Of a stretch of 64,000 nt of DNA, positions 32,634 through 40,172 are shown piece by piece. Positions within the stretch are counted from its first letter, which is position 1; each line of letters starts with the position of its first letter. A program made the position numbers and the translations under genes. The notes under the pieces are model-generated. The model was not told where the DNA came from. It worked only from the letters and a program-made list of their open reading frames with translations, and made no database searches. The DNA is taken from NCBI GenBank assembly GCA_964658805.1, contig CAZZZU010000003.1:5482-69481 (forward strand), written 5' to 3'. This DNA comes from an uncultured Steroidobacteraceae bacterium. Its GTDB lineage: Bacteria; Pseudomonadota; Gammaproteobacteria; Steroidobacterales; Steroidobacteraceae.

Positions 32634-32721
32634 GTTGCGTGCTCTTGGGGGACTTAAAGTCATTTGTTAGCACTGCATTTTTAACCACGGTATTCAAGAG
32701 CTTATGATTTTAAATTAGAAT

Positions 32722-32730
32722 TGGTACAAT
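32722..32730 (+). promoter_or_regulatory. extended -10 element (TGgTACAAT) in an AT-rich spacer
   Basis: Sits in a sharply AT-rich stretch (32640-32760) after the DAHPS stop. Weak -35 (TTATGA) 17 nt upstream. Confidence 0.4.
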
Positions 32731-32737
32731 ATTCTTT

Positions 32738-33014
32738 CTGCAGTTTTTGAAACGCCCGCTTGCCTCGCGGCGTCGAGGTGTTATTCTGCCTCGCAACCTC
32801 TTCCCGCCTGCCTTGGCGCGCCAGGTCAACAGGCTCGAACCGGTTCTCACGGCTCTTAAATTTGCACGGTCTGCTTTCGGGAAACTCGACGTTTCTCGCT
32901 CGGTTTGACGCTGGTTTCGTTCAAAATTGGGCCCAGGTTGGGATTGCGCTCGGGTTAGTCCAAGTCCAGCGCGATCGATGGCGGGCTGCGCGGGTTTCCG
33001 CGTAGCCCGTTTTT
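32738..33014 (+). ncRNA. candidate ~275-nt non-coding transcript or 5' leader (promoter-to-terminator unit), family unknown
   Basis: Bounded by the extended -10 at 32722-32730 and a strong intrinsic terminator at 32982-33014. Its only ORF (81 aa) has non-protein-like composition. Several internal hairpins, e.g. CCTCG-n6-CGAGG and the palindrome TGGCGCGCCA. Confidence 0.4.
32982..33014 (+). terminator. Rho-independent terminator
   Basis: 12-bp GC-rich stem (CGGGCTGCGCGG / CCGCGTAGCCCG, one G-U), 4-nt loop GTTT, then TTTTT. Lies 30 nt upstream of the udg ATG. Confidence 0.7.
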
Positions 33015-33044
33015 AATTGTGGGTGTCGGCCCGAAGATGGCGTT

Positions 33045-33689
33045 ATGACAAGTGTGTTCGACCCCGCCTGTCGGCGCTGTACTCGGCTGGCGCGCTTTTT
33101 GGACGCCGTTCGCTTCGAAGAGCCTGATTATTATTGCCGACCGGTACCGCCGTTCGGCGACCGGTATGCCAGTCTGCTGATCGTCGGCCTAGCCCCTGGG
33201 ATGCATGGCGCCAATCGCACCGGGCGCCCGTTTACGGGGGACTACGCCGGAATCATCCTGTACCAAACGTTATTTGACCTGGGGTTCGCCACCAGCCCGG
33301 TCTCGGTTGCGGCAGACGACGGTCTGAAGCTCGCCGGCGTCCGGATTACGAACGCCGTGAAGTGCCTGCCGCCGGGCAACAAGCCGTTGCCCGTGGAGAT
33401 TCGGCAATGTAACAGTTATCTGCAGGCCGAGCTCGAACAGAGCCACGATGTCCGCGTCATCCTGGCGCTTGGTGCGATTGCGCATACGGCCGTACTGCAG
33501 GCGTACGGACTGCGCCTCAAAGATCATCGTTTTTCACATGGCGCGGAACACCGCTCGGTGCATGCACCCGTCCTCATCGATTCATACCACTGCAGCCGCT
33601 ACAACACGAATACCCGACGTTTGACGCCTGATATGTTTCGCACCGTCATGACGCGGGCACGCGATCTCGCGGCCACAACGCCGCCATGA
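33045..33689 (+). CDS. uracil-DNA glycosylase, family 4/5 (UdgB-like)
   Basis: Motif GLAPGMHGANRTGRPFTGD; N-terminal Cys pair (CRRCTRL); 214 aa. Confidence 0.82.
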   Translation: MTSVFDPACRRCTRLARFLDAVRFEEPDYYCRPVPPFGDRYASLLIVGLAPGMHGANRTGRPFTGDYAGIILYQTLFDLGFATSPVSVAADDGLKLAGVRITNAVKCLPPGNKPLPVEIRQCNSYLQAELEQSHDVRVILALGAIAHTAVLQAYGLRLKDHRFSHGAEHRSVHAPVLIDSYHCSRYNTNTRRLTPDMFRTVMTRARDLAATTPP

Positions 33690-35530
33690 CCGAGGTCACG
33701 CTCAGTCCGGCGGCCGCGCCATTCGACGCCAAGGCCTTCGTCGATAGCCTACCCACGCGCCCAGGTGTTTATCGGATGCTGGATGCGCAGGGCGAAATCA
33801 TCTATGTGGGTAAGGCGCGCAGCTTGAAGAGCCGCGTGAGTTCGTATTTCCAACCGAGCAACGTGCAGCCCAAGGTGCAGGCGCTGGTCGCGAAGACGGC
33901 CGCCATGGAAGTCACCATTACCAATTCCGATACGGAAGCGCTGCTGCTCGAATATAACCTCATCAAGAAGCACCGGCCGCGCTTCAACGTGGTGTTGCGC
34001 GATGACAAGAGCTTTCCGTATTTGCACCTGGAGACCGCACACGAATTTCCGCGCCTGAATTTCTACCGGGGGTCGCGCAAAGAGCCAGGGCGCTATTTCG
34101 GCCCTTATCCATCGGCCGGTGCCGTACGCGACACCCTGCAGCAGCTACAGAAATTATTCCGAATCCGTAACTGCAACGATTCCTTTTTCTCCAATCGATC
34201 GCGCCCCTGTCTGCAGTACCAGATCGAACGATGCACGGCGCCTTGCGTAGGTCTCGTCAGCCGGGAGCGCTATCAAGAAGACGTTGGTTCTGCCGTCAAG
34301 GTCCTGGACGGGCGCTCTGACGATGTGACCGAAGATATTGCCCGTCGTATGGAAGTTGCCGCGGAACGCCTGCAGTTTGAGGAAGCGGCGCAGCTGCGCG
34401 ATCAACTGGCCAAACTGCGTACCATTCGTTCGCAGCAGATCATGGCGGCCGGCGCCGATCATGAGGCTGACGTGATCGCGCTCGCCAGTGGGAATGGGGA
34501 ATACTGCGTGGCCTTGATGTTCGTGCGCGCGGGGCGGAGCCTTGGTAGCACCACTTTCTTTCCAAAAGCCGCGTTGGCCGAACCACAGGAAGTGATGGCC
34601 TCATTCGTGAGCCAGTATTATCTGGAACGCGACCCACCCGCCGAGATTCTGGTGGCGCTCGAATTCGAAGAAATGCTGCTTCTAGAAGAGGCGTTGACGG
34701 AACGCGCCGCGCGCAAGGTCCGCATCACGGCGTCAGTACGCGGCATCCGCGCACGTTGGCTCGAGATGGTACACAACAACGCTGAACAGGCGCTAAATAT
34801 GCGCCGTCTGACGCGCTCCAACATCGAGGCGACATTGGAAGACGTGCGCGACGCATTTGACCTCGATGAAACGCCATCCCGGTTGGAGTGCTTTGATATC
34901 AGCCATACCGGCGGCACCGATACGGTCGCATCGTGCGTGGTGTTTGGGCTGGAGGGCCCGTTGAAAAACGACTACCGGCGCTTCAACATCACGGGCATCC
35001 AGCCGGGCGATGACTATGCGGCCATGCACCAGGCGCTTACGCGGCGTTACAAGCGGGTTCGCGATGGCGAGGTGCCCAAACCCGATCTGTTGCTCATCGA
35101 TGGCGGCAAAGGGCAGTTGGCAGAAGCCACGCGGGTGATCGCAGAGCTCGGCATCGAGGGCGTCACCCTGATCGGCGTTGCCAAGGGTGCCGATCGCCGA
35201 CCGGGCCAGGAGCAGCTTTTTTTGCCCGGCCAGGAGACGCCTGTGATCCTCCCACCTGAATCGCGTGCACTGCACCTGATTCAGCGGGTGCGTGATGAGG
35301 CGCATCGCTTTGCAATAGGCGGGCATCGACGCAAGCGCGCAAAGCGGCACAACGAGTCCATACTGGAGACCATTCCGGGACTGGGTCCCGTCAAGCGACG
35401 CGACTTGCTCAAGCAGTTCGGTGGACTACAAGGAATCATGCGTGCCGGCATCGACGATTTCACCAAAGTACGCGGCCTCGGGCGCGAGCTGGCCGAGGTA
35501 ATCTATGAACACCTCCACCCGGGCAGATAG
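33686..35530 (+). CDS. uvrC: excinuclease ABC subunit C
   Basis: GIY-YIG (GVYRMLDAQGEIIYVGKA), UVR domain (FEEAAQLRDQL), C-terminal HhH. ATG overlaps the udg stop. Confidence 0.95.
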   Translation: MTEVTLSPAAAPFDAKAFVDSLPTRPGVYRMLDAQGEIIYVGKARSLKSRVSSYFQPSNVQPKVQALVAKTAAMEVTITNSDTEALLLEYNLIKKHRPRFNVVLRDDKSFPYLHLETAHEFPRLNFYRGSRKEPGRYFGPYPSAGAVRDTLQQLQKLFRIRNCNDSFFSNRSRPCLQYQIERCTAPCVGLVSRERYQEDVGSAVKVLDGRSDDVTEDIARRMEVAAERLQFEEAAQLRDQLAKLRTIRSQQIMAAGADHEADVIALASGNGEYCVALMFVRAGRSLGSTTFFPKAALAEPQEVMASFVSQYYLERDPPAEILVALEFEEMLLLEEALTERAARKVRITASVRGIRARWLEMVHNNAEQALNMRRLTRSNIEATLEDVRDAFDLDETPSRLECFDISHTGGTDTVASCVVFGLEGPLKNDYRRFNITGIQPGDDYAAMHQALTRRYKRVRDGEVPKPDLLLIDGGKGQLAEATRVIAELGIEGVTLIGVAKGADRRPGQEQLFLPGQETPVILPPESRALHLIQRVRDEAHRFAIGGHRRKRAKRHNESILETIPGLGPVKRRDLLKQFGGLQGIMRAGIDDFTKVRGLGRELAEVIYEHLHPGR

Positions 35531-36101
35531 GAGCGCCGTTTGGAACGTGCCGAATACGCTCACCTGGCTGCGTATTCTGATGATTCCTGCGGTCCTGGTG
35601 CTTTTTTACTTGCCGTTCTGGTGGGCTCAACCTGCCGCCGGCTTAGGCTTTGGCCTCGCCGGCATCACTGATTCCCTGGATGGTTATTACGCGCGCAAGC
35701 TCGGACAAACCTCGCGTCTCGGCGCCTTTTTGGACCCCGTCGCGGACAAGCTCATTGTCAGCGCTGCCCTGGTGCTCATCGTCAGCCGCGATCCGCGTTG
35801 GTTCCTGGTCATTACGGCGGTCGTGATCATCGGCCGCGAGATCGCCGTGTCGGCGCTGCGCGAATGGATGGCGGAAATCGGCGCGCGCGGGCGGATCAAG
35901 GTGTCTGTGCTGGGAAAGTACAAAACCATCATGCAAATCGTCGGGCTGTCTTTGCTCCTGTTTCGCGAAGACCTTTTCGGGCTGCCTACCTACAAGATCG
36001 GCTTGGTGCTGACAGAGATCGCGGGCGTGCTGACGCTGTGGTCGATGATCCAATATCTGAATCTCGCCTGGCCGGAGCTGCGCAGCAGCTCACGGTTGTA
36101 G
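35505..36101 (+). CDS. pgsA: CDP-diacylglycerol--glycerol-3-phosphate 3-phosphatidyltransferase
   Basis: DSLDGYYARKLGQTSRLGAFLDPVADK motif; conserved position after uvrC. Start is ATG 35505 (overlaps uvrC by 26 nt) or GTG 35547. Confidence 0.9.
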   Translation: MNTSTRADRSAVWNVPNTLTWLRILMIPAVLVLFYLPFWWAQPAAGLGFGLAGITDSLDGYYARKLGQTSRLGAFLDPVADKLIVSAALVLIVSRDPRWFLVITAVVIIGREIAVSALREWMAEIGARGRIKVSVLGKYKTIMQIVGLSLLLFREDLFGLPTYKIGLVLTEIAGVLTLWSMIQYLNLAWPELRSSSRL

Positions 36102-36114
36102 ACGAGGGTTCCGC

Positions 36115-36142
36115 TTGACTCCGCCCGATGCGGCCCTACAAT
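36115..36142 (+). promoter_or_regulatory. tRNA promoter (TTGACT-16 nt-TACAAT) with GC-rich discriminator
   Basis: Near-consensus hexamers. GCGCC-type discriminator typical of stringently controlled stable-RNA promoters. Ends 17 nt before tRNA-Gly. Confidence 0.55.
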
Positions 36143-36158
36143 TGCGCCTCGGTCGCGG

Positions 36159-36234
<76 letters not shown>

Positions 36235-36474
36235 AAACATCACCCAGCAGTTATCGGCGTGTGTAGCTGTGGATAACTCCTAACATTTGAATCCCGCAGC
36301 TTCTCCGATGTGCTCCGCTCATGGTTTAAGCATCCCGCTTCTGAGCGTCGGGAAAAGATCATTTTTTCCTAATTTTCATAAAGTTAGACAAGAAACATAT
36401 TGGTAATTCTGCAAGTTGTACCGGTTTAGGCCCGGGCGATGGTCGTCTAGCTTTTGCTGGCGCATCAATCGCGG

Positions 36475-36780
36475 TCAAGGCAGCACTCTCAGCGTGTGCA
36501 CTTTGGAGAGGTCCCGATCGTGAGTAACGTGCTCGTCGGCATTGAGGGAGATGGCGCTCGCTGCTTGCACAGCATCCGCAAGCTTGAGACGCAGCGAGGC
36601 GCGCAGTCGGGCCGTAGCGGCAGCGATGTCTGCCTACAATTCGATCAGGTGCCAAGTCTCGAGGACCGCTCGATAACGCTCAGCCAGTGCTTCGTCGCCC
36701 GCTTGCAATGAGCCAGTGAGGACTTCTGCCAAACTGATCGTAGTGACGTCGAACTGAACGCGTTCCGCGTCGTGCTTCAA
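36475..36780 (-). pseudogene. VapC-like PIN-domain toxin remnant (N-terminally truncated, in-frame TAG)
   Basis: Manual translation of the minus strand: LKHDAERVQFDVTTISLAEVLTGSLQAGDEALAERYRAVLETWHLIEL*ADIAAATARLRASLRLKLADAVQAASAISLNADEHVTHDRDLSKVHTLRVLP*. The C-terminal half matches the PIN pattern (..D-a-i-q-l-A-s-A...lvT.D.d). In-frame TAG at 36636-36634. The first acidic PIN motif and any upstream antitoxin are missing. Confidence 0.55.
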
Positions 36781-36909
36781 TCAGGCTTGGCATCGTGTCA
36801 TGGAACCATTCAGGCGCTTTGGCGTGGTGCAGGTGGTGCGGCCAAAGCCATTCCCTTGCCTTGTGCGATAGGGGGCGAACTGCTAGCATTTTGGGCTGAA
36901 TCGCTGAAC

Positions 36910-36942
36910 GCAAACCCCGGACCGCCCGGGGTTTGCTGTTTT
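36910..36942 (+). terminator. intrinsic-terminator-like hairpin 8 nt upstream of tRNA-Cys
   Basis: 11-bp perfect stem GCAAACCCCGG / CCGGGGTTTGC, 5-nt loop, followed by TGTTTT. Confidence 0.5.
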
Positions 36943-36949
36943 AGACGAT

Positions 36950-37023
36950 GGCTAAGTGGCAGAGTGGTCATGCAGCGGCCTGCAAAGCCGTGTACGCCGG
37001 TTCGATTCCGACCTTAGCCTCCA
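36950..37023 (+). tRNA. cysT: tRNA-Cys (anticodon GCA)
   Basis: 74 nt. Acceptor GGCTAAG/CTTAGCC, anticodon loop CTGCAAA, T-loop TTCGATT, encoded CCA. Manual fold shows one C-A mismatch in the T stem. Confidence 0.88.
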
Positions 37024-37024
37024 T

Positions 37025-37058
37025 GTGAATTTACTTATCCGTCGTGAATACTTGTCCG
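37025..37058 (+). repeat. imperfect tandem direct repeat (GTGAAT-TT-ACTTATCCGT / GTGAAT-ACTTGTCCGT)
   Basis: Read directly. Starts 2 nt after the tRNA-Cys 3' end and ends 34 nt before the lpxD-like start. Confidence 0.5.
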
Positions 37059-37092
37059 TTCCTACCGTTGGCGTCCAGCCTGGGGGGTTCAT

Positions 37093-38172
37093 GTGCTTGA
37101 AGCTTCTACGATTCAAAGTCGGCATTCCGATCTCTTCAAATACAGGCGCGGCAATCTGCACGCCACAGCGTCGGTCTGCCGTGTGCCCGAAGAGACCAGT
37201 GCTGACAGCCTCGTCTACCTCAGCGACAGCAAGCATCTCGCAACCCAGGCCTATCAATCCGCCGCAATACTGATCGTGCATGAACGGTTGCTGCCGCAAG
37301 TGCCTGACGAAGATCAATGGAGCGGCTGTCTTTTCACGGTGTCGTCGATCCCGACTGCCATGGCGACCCTATCGAAATATTTTTGTCAGAAGCGCGTGCG
37401 CTTCACGCAATGGGGCGAGCAGCATCCAAGCGCACTCGTGCACCCGAGCGCGACGCTCGGAAAGAATGTGGTTCTGGGACCGTTTTGCGTTATCGGGGCG
37501 AATGCACTGATCGGCGATGACTGCCTGATCGGAAGCCATACGGTAATCGAGAATGACGCGCAGATCGGCGCTCGCACGATGTTGCATCCGCATGTCTTCA
37601 TCGGCTCAGCGTGTGTCGTTGGCACCGATTGTGAGATTCACCCGCACACGAGCGTGGGTAGCGATGGCTTCGGGTATGACATGGATGCAACCGGACGGCC
37701 GATCAAGATCTCTCAGCTGGGCAACGTGGTCATCGGTAATGATGTGGAAATCGGTAGCAACTGTGCCATCGACAGGGCGACGTTGACGTCGACATTCATT
37801 CGCGACGGCGCGAAGCTGGATAACATCTGCCACATCGCTCATAACTGTGACCTGGGTGAAAACGGGTTGTATACGGCCGGCTTCATGATGGCCGGGTCTA
37901 CCAAAATCGGGCGTCAATTCAGAACCGGCGGCAATTCCGTCGTGTCGGCGCATCTGACGCTGGCTGACAACGTTGCCCTGGCGGGTCGTTCAACCGTGAC
38001 GAAAGACATCACCAAACCCGGCGCCTATGCTGGATATCCGCTGCAACCTTTGCAGGAAAGCCTGAAGACCATGGTCAGCCTCGTAAAGCTCCCAAAGATG
38101 CGACGCGAACTGAAGATGATCATGAAGCATATGAACCTTTCTGATCCGAACGGCCCCGAGAACTCAACATGA
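37093..38172 (+). CDS. LpxD paralog (UDP-3-O-acylglucosamine N-acyltransferase family, left-handed beta-helix)
   Basis: Alignable by eye to E. coli LpxD across the hexapeptide-repeat domain ([39 protein letters not shown]), the catalytic His context ([12 protein letters not shown]) and the C-terminal helix. GTG start. Located outside any lpxD-fabZ-lpxA context. Confidence 0.8.
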   Translation: MLEASTIQSRHSDLFKYRRGNLHATASVCRVPEETSADSLVYLSDSKHLATQAYQSAAILIVHERLLPQVPDEDQWSGCLFTVSSIPTAMATLSKYFCQKRVRFTQWGEQHPSALVHPSATLGKNVVLGPFCVIGANALIGDDCLIGSHTVIENDAQIGARTMLHPHVFIGSACVVGTDCEIHPHTSVGSDGFGYDMDATGRPIKISQLGNVVIGNDVEIGSNCAIDRATLTSTFIRDGAKLDNICHIAHNCDLGENGLYTAGFMMAGSTKIGRQFRTGGNSVVSAHLTLADNVALAGRSTVTKDITKPGAYAGYPLQPLQESLKTMVSLVKLPKMRRELKMIMKHMNLSDPNGPENST

Positions 38173-38936
38173 AGACCGTGCTGATGCTGCTGGCCGCTGC
38201 CTGCGCAACAGTGGCCACAGCTCGAGTCGAAGGCGCGCCCACCGATGGTCCGACGAGCATCATTTCGATCTATGGCGGCGGTGCCTTTATTCGCCAGTAC
38301 AGCGGCGCCAGCTACGACGATGGTCATGGTTACGGTTATGACTACGGCTACAGTCCTTACTATCGTGTCTCCAATACTTATTCAGGCAGCGAATTCGGCT
38401 TCGAAGCCCGCATCGTCATGCCATTGGGTTTTTTGCTCGATGTAACAGGCGAGCAGGCCCGCGTCAGTAATCATGGCGACGCCTATAAGGAGCAGCAGCT
38501 GACCGCGGGCCTGGGTTACACCGCGCGGATCGGCAGTCGTTCAAGCTGGTCCGCTGAGGCGTTTTACCAGCATTATCGATTAGGCGAGGATTACGCCGGC
38601 TGCGACTACAGCTGCAACGGCTGGTACAACGCCAATGGCGGCGGCGTCAAAGGTGGTTTCAAGTGGCCGTTTGCTGACCGATGGTTTGGCACACTGAACA
38701 TGAGTGTTTCCTATCTGTCCGGTCAGGGGGCAGATTTCGCTCAGGCGAAAATCGATGGTGCGGTGGGCTATATGTTCACCGACTACACGAGCCTGAGCAT
38801 CGGTGCTTCATCTCAGGCAATGGACCGCACCGACAACCGCTACTACGATGCGTATTACGGTTACGGCTACAACGATGGTTCCAATGACGTTCTGGGGCAC
38901 ACGGCCGTATTCGCGCAGCTCGCCGTGCATTTCTGA
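38169..38936 (+). CDS. small outer-membrane beta-barrel protein (OmpW/porin-like), Tyr/Gly-rich loops
   Basis: Signal peptide [18 protein letters not shown], alternating beta-strand pattern, C-terminal aromatic (LAVHF). ATG overlaps the lpxD-like stop (ATGA). Confidence 0.7.
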   Translation: MKTVLMLLAAACATVATARVEGAPTDGPTSIISIYGGGAFIRQYSGASYDDGHGYGYDYGYSPYYRVSNTYSGSEFGFEARIVMPLGFLLDVTGEQARVSNHGDAYKEQQLTAGLGYTARIGSRSSWSAEAFYQHYRLGEDYAGCDYSCNGWYNANGGGVKGGFKWPFADRWFGTLNMSVSYLSGQGADFAQAKIDGAVGYMFTDYTSLSIGASSQAMDRTDNRYYDAYYGYGYNDGSNDVLGHTAVFAQLAVHF

Positions 38937-39001
38937 GCGCGCTGCAGGAATGCTAAACTCGACGCTCGAAGGCCCCTGTCGAGGTGGCCGGGAGCGTCCC
39001 G

Positions 39002-40144
39002 ATGAATGAAGAAATTTCGAATGTCCACGCGTTGCGCGTTGCGAACTCGCCGAATACATTCGACCTTCGCAAGGTCGGCACTCACCCTGATTACTGGTAT
39101 CCGGTAGCTTGGGGAGATGAGCTTCAGCCGGGCAGAACCCTGGCCCGGCGTTTCGCCGGCGAACCGATCGTGCTGTATCGGGGTGCCACCGGCAGGGTCT
39201 ATGCACTCGAGGATCGCTGCGCGCATCGTCAGGTTCCGCTGCATCTCGGCGTCGTGACCGGCGAGGACTTGAAGTGTCATTACCATGGCTGGGTCTACAA
39301 CTGTTCGGGCAAGTGCGTGAATGTTCCGTATATGGGACCGGAGCGGCTTCCCAACGGCGTGAAGGGGTACCCCGCGCGCGAAATCGATGGCCTCATCTTC
39401 ATTTTTCCGGGTGATGCGAGCCTGGCAGAGAGCCGGATCCCGCAAGGACTCGGATCGTCGCAGCGTAAAGACTACAAGACGCGGCGCCTCAACCGCGAAG
39501 TTGCCTGCCATTACACCTTCATGCATGAAAATCTGTTCGATATGAATCATCAGTTCATGCATCGAAAACAGATGGGTTCGATCCGGGCTCGTTGCCTGGG
39601 AAAAGATCATGGCGACAACTGGGCTCAGGTCGAGTATTCCTTCAGTCGCACCGGCGGCAAGTCGTCGGTCGGCGAACAGGTGATCGTCGATTTGATGCGC
39701 AAGCGCGGCGAAGCAAAAAAAGATTTTTGTGATCACATGCGGATTCGCACCGACTATCCGACCCAAAATCTCAAAGTCTGGGTGGGACGCGACATCAAGC
39801 AAAGTGACGATCCGGTGCTCGATGTGTGGCTCGGGTACACGCCGCTCGATGCAGAGCAGCGTACCAATCGCACCTTCGGTTATTTGTCAGTCAAGAAGCC
39901 GGCTATCCCTGGAATCATTCACGTCGTCTGGCCGTTCGTCACCTGGTTCACGGAAAATATCTTTCGCGAAGATAAGGATATCGTCGAGCACGAACAGCGT
40001 GCCTATGATGGACAAGGTGCGGATTTCAATAACGAGGTCTTCCCGCCCATTCGGGACCTGCGCAGCGTATTGGCCCGGTGCGGGTCGACCGCGCAGGCGC
40101 AGCCTCGCGAATCGAACGTCGAGTTTGCCGCGCTCGTAAAATAG
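39002..40144 (+). CDS. Rieske [2Fe-2S] non-heme-iron oxygenase, alpha-subunit type
   Basis: Rieske motif CAHRQVPLHLGVVTGEDLKCHYHGW. Mononuclear-iron region HENLFDMNHQFMH. Start is ATG 39002 or GTG 38984. No reductase or ferredoxin gene adjacent. Confidence 0.82.
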   Translation: MNEEISNVHALRVANSPNTFDLRKVGTHPDYWYPVAWGDELQPGRTLARRFAGEPIVLYRGATGRVYALEDRCAHRQVPLHLGVVTGEDLKCHYHGWVYNCSGKCVNVPYMGPERLPNGVKGYPAREIDGLIFIFPGDASLAESRIPQGLGSSQRKDYKTRRLNREVACHYTFMHENLFDMNHQFMHRKQMGSIRARCLGKDHGDNWAQVEYSFSRTGGKSSVGEQVIVDLMRKRGEAKKDFCDHMRIRTDYPTQNLKVWVGRDIKQSDDPVLDVWLGYTPLDAEQRTNRTFGYLSVKKPAIPGIIHVVWPFVTWFTENIFREDKDIVEHEQRAYDGQGADFNNEVFPPIRDLRSVLARCGSTAQAQPRESNVEFAALVK

Positions 40145-40172
40145 CGGTATTCAGTGGGCGCTGGGGTAAGCC

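Larger units (their letters stand above)
36235..36949. other. 715-nt decayed insert separating tRNA-Gly from tRNA-Cys
   Basis: AT-rich left part, a 7-bp inverted repeat (AGTTATC n16 GATAACT, 36249-36278), a PIN pseudogene and a terminator hairpin. No intact gene. Confidence 0.6.

Noticed and set aside
32634-32690. Possible terminator for the class II DAHP synthase (GTGCT...AGCAC followed by TGCATTTTT).
   Set aside because: The stem is only 5 bp with a ~26-nt loop, too weak to call.
32760-33005. 81-aa ORF inside the candidate sRNA/leader.
   Set aside because: The listed start codon is a non-ATG (TTG), there is no Shine-Dalgarno, and the composition is Arg/Leu/Ser-rich with no motif. It ends within the terminator stem, so non-coding RNA is the better reading.
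36359-36913. ORFs 36359-36655 (minus), 36454-36711 (plus) and 36680-36913 (minus) in the tRNA-Gly/tRNA-Cys spacer.
   Set aside because: They are out-of-frame or antisense to the recognisable PIN remnant, with implausible composition and no motifs. They are treated as noise in decayed DNA.
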